Origin: a candidate division WOR-3 bacterium | GTDB lineage: Bacteria > Hydrothermota > Hydrothermia > LBFQ01 | Direction: 5' to 3' | Assembly: GCA_039802605.1 (NCBI GenBank) | Contig: JBDRWW010000003.1 | Span: 64,001-128,000 of the forward strand | Length of the DNA: 64,000 bases | In this document: in pieces, positions 62,138 to 64,000 of the stretch | How the letters are laid out: the number at the start of each line of letters is the position of its first letter | How positions within the stretch are numbered: the first letter of the stretch is position 1 | Translations under genes and position numbers: made by a program | Notes under the pieces: generated by a model | What the model was told of the DNA's origin: nothing | Database searches by the model: none | What the model saw: the letters and a program-made list of their open reading frames with translations, nothing else

Positions 62138-63066
62138 GGAAGTTCTTGGACTTTATATTTTTGGCAAGGCCGACGCTGATTTTGCCGGGTTGGGGGTTTT
62201 TTCTGTTGGGATACCTTCATTCTTTAAACCTAATGGAGGACTTAAAACCGGCCATTTTTATACCTTTAAATTCAAAGTTTTGGATGGGTTTTTTATCCGC
62301 AACATTAATAAGCGCTTACATATATGTTATAAACCAGATGTTTGATGTGGAAAGCGACAGAAAGAATTCCAAGTTGTTTATACTCCCAAAGGGCTATATA
62401 TCCATACCGGAGGCAAAGATATATTCCGTAATCCTACTTTTGGGTTCCCTTATTTCCGGTTTTCCCGTGGGAATAAATTATTTAATCCTTTTACTTTTCG
62501 GCTTTTTGATAGGCACATTGTACTCTCTACCCCCTTTTAGGTTTAAGGGTAGGCCCTTTTTGGATATGTTTTCAAACGCCGTTGGGTATTCCCTTCTCAA
62601 TCTTGGGGCTGGAATAGTTGCCGGAGGTGGGGATTTTATGCAAATCTTGAAAACTTTCCCACCCTATTTTTTTGCCGTTTGTGCCTTATACCTAAACACA
62701 ACAATACCGGATATTCCTGGTGATAAATCGGAAAATTTAATAACCACAGGGGTATTCTTGGGGGAGTTTAAAACTTCCGTATTGGCATCGTTTATGGTTT
62801 TAATAACTCTAATGCTTTCCCGGGATAACACCTTTATGTTCTGGGTTTCGTTGGTCTCCTTACCGTTTTATGTATTATCCGCGTTAAAAAAGGGAGAGGA
62901 GTTCTACGCAAAGGTTTCGTATAGGATTTCCGGATTGGCATTCACACTGCTGCTAATAATAAAGTATCCCCTTTTCCTCATTCCATCCATAATAACGCTC
63001 TTATCCCTAAGGCTTTATTACGGTTTGAGGTTTGGGATAAAGTACCCGTCCCTCCTTGGGAGATGA
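62134..63066 (+). CDS. UbiA family prenyltransferase
   Basis: LARP, NQMFDVESDRKN, YSLPPFRFK, PDIPGD. Confidence 0.85.
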   Translation: MRKFLDFIFLARPTLILPGWGFFLLGYLHSLNLMEDLKPAIFIPLNSKFWMGFLSATLISAYIYVINQMFDVESDRKNSKLFILPKGYISIPEAKIYSVILLLGSLISGFPVGINYLILLLFGFLIGTLYSLPPFRFKGRPFLDMFSNAVGYSLLNLGAGIVAGGGDFMQILKTFPPYFFAVCALYLNTTIPDIPGDKSENLITTGVFLGEFKTSVLASFMVLITLMLSRDNTFMFWVSLVSLPFYVLSALKKGEEFYAKVSYRISGLAFTLLLIIKYPLFLIPSIITLLSLRLYYGLRFGIKYPSLLGR

Positions 63067-63992
63067 ATATTGCTTTATCCTTTATATTCTCCCAATACGA
63101 GATTTCCGTTATTGATACCCTAACGAATATGCTTTATAACGAAAGGTTTGATGAATTTGAGAATTCTTTAAAAAGGTTTTATGGTGAGGTGGATACAAAC
63201 ATCTTACGATGTATAAAGTTGGGTTTTTTGGAGTTGTATATGACGGACAACTCTACGGATTACAGATATGGGGAATTCGTAGCCCTAATGGATACATTGG
63301 TGAATCTCCCGCAAAATAACACCCGAAACAAACTTTATGTGGCCGTATCCTCCGCAATAGGTGCGGTTTTTTACGGTAGGAGGGGAGATATAACCAAAGC
63401 CATATCACTTGGGAATATATCGTTTAGTCTTTTCAGCGAGATATACTCCGAAAATCCGGATGTTTATGATTCGTATTTGCCTCTGGGCATTTACCATTTT
63501 GCAATGGGATATCTCAGTAGGTCTTCTTCAAGGAAGAAAAGGGGAATTGAAATGGTAAAAGAGTCCGCAAAAAGGGGGGTATTGGTAAAACCCCTAGCCT
63601 ATGCGGCCCTAGTTTATATTTATGTTTTTGATAAAAAGCCCGGTTATGCCGTGGATTACGGGATTAAGGCCCTGGAATTGTATCCCAAAAGCAGAACTTT
63701 CAGGTGGATATTGGCATATGCTTATAAAGAGGCCGGTATGTATAAGGATGCCATAAGGGTATATATGGAAATTTTAATGGATTTAAATAGGAGAAACCCA
63801 AACTGTAATGTGTGCTTGGCGGAGGTATATTTCCATTTGGGGGAGAGTTATAAGGCTTTGGGAGATGATGAAAAGGCGAAAAAGAGTTTTTGGTCGTCAT
63901 ACTACTATGCAAGTTCCGAGGAAGATCCTTACAGACGGAGAAAGGTAAAGGAGATTTTAAGAAAACTCGCCAAGTATGGGATCGGAGGCTAA
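63063..63992 (+). CDS. Tetratricopeptide-repeat protein
   Basis: YDSYLPLGIYHF, ALELYP, AEVYFHLGESY; short hydrophobic N-terminus. Confidence 0.75.
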   Translation: MNIALSFIFSQYEISVIDTLTNMLYNERFDEFENSLKRFYGEVDTNILRCIKLGFLELYMTDNSTDYRYGEFVALMDTLVNLPQNNTRNKLYVAVSSAIGAVFYGRRGDITKAISLGNISFSLFSEIYSENPDVYDSYLPLGIYHFAMGYLSRSSSRKKRGIEMVKESAKRGVLVKPLAYAALVYIYVFDKKPGYAVDYGIKALELYPKSRTFRWILAYAYKEAGMYKDAIRVYMEILMDLNRRNPNCNVCLAEVYFHLGESYKALGDDEKAKKSFWSSYYYASSEEDPYRRRKVKEILRKLAKYGIGG

Positions 63993-64000
63993 AATCCTTT

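Overview
64 kb of very densely packed bacterial chromosome. It holds about 60 CDS, one stand-alone GC-rich 16S rRNA gene and three tRNA genes; I saw no mobile elements, prophage or CRISPR arrays. The GC-rich rRNA/tRNA in an AT-richer background, Lys/Glu-rich proteins, frequent AGG/ATA codons and a long-chain polyamine locus suggest a thermophile. BamA, TonB/ExbBD, PorV-like, PorX-like and T9SS-CTD proteins suggest a diderm of the FCB-related radiation; WOR-3 is my guess and needs a 16S search. Gene order is scrambled, with orphan nuoH, V-ATPase subunit C, ccmC, ftsW and rrs. The most striking signals span the whole window. (1) About a dozen envelope proteins, including BamA, start with an ultra-short uncharged hydrophobic stub, often M-hydrophobic(5-9)-(S)Q, instead of a Sec signal peptide. 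(2) 23 CDS have a TAnAAT box 6-13 nt before the start codon and no SD, implying leaderless or near-leaderless mRNA; in four cases the upstream gene's stop codon is the first half of that box. (3) Two tRNA genes are followed 1-3 nt later by UUG-started CDS. (4) A PorV-like/FlgD-Ig/TPR/ExbB/ExbD/ExbD/TonB/OmpA-like operon may be a Ton-motor-linked, T9SS-related envelope machine. All family assignments come from motif recognition only; no searches were run.
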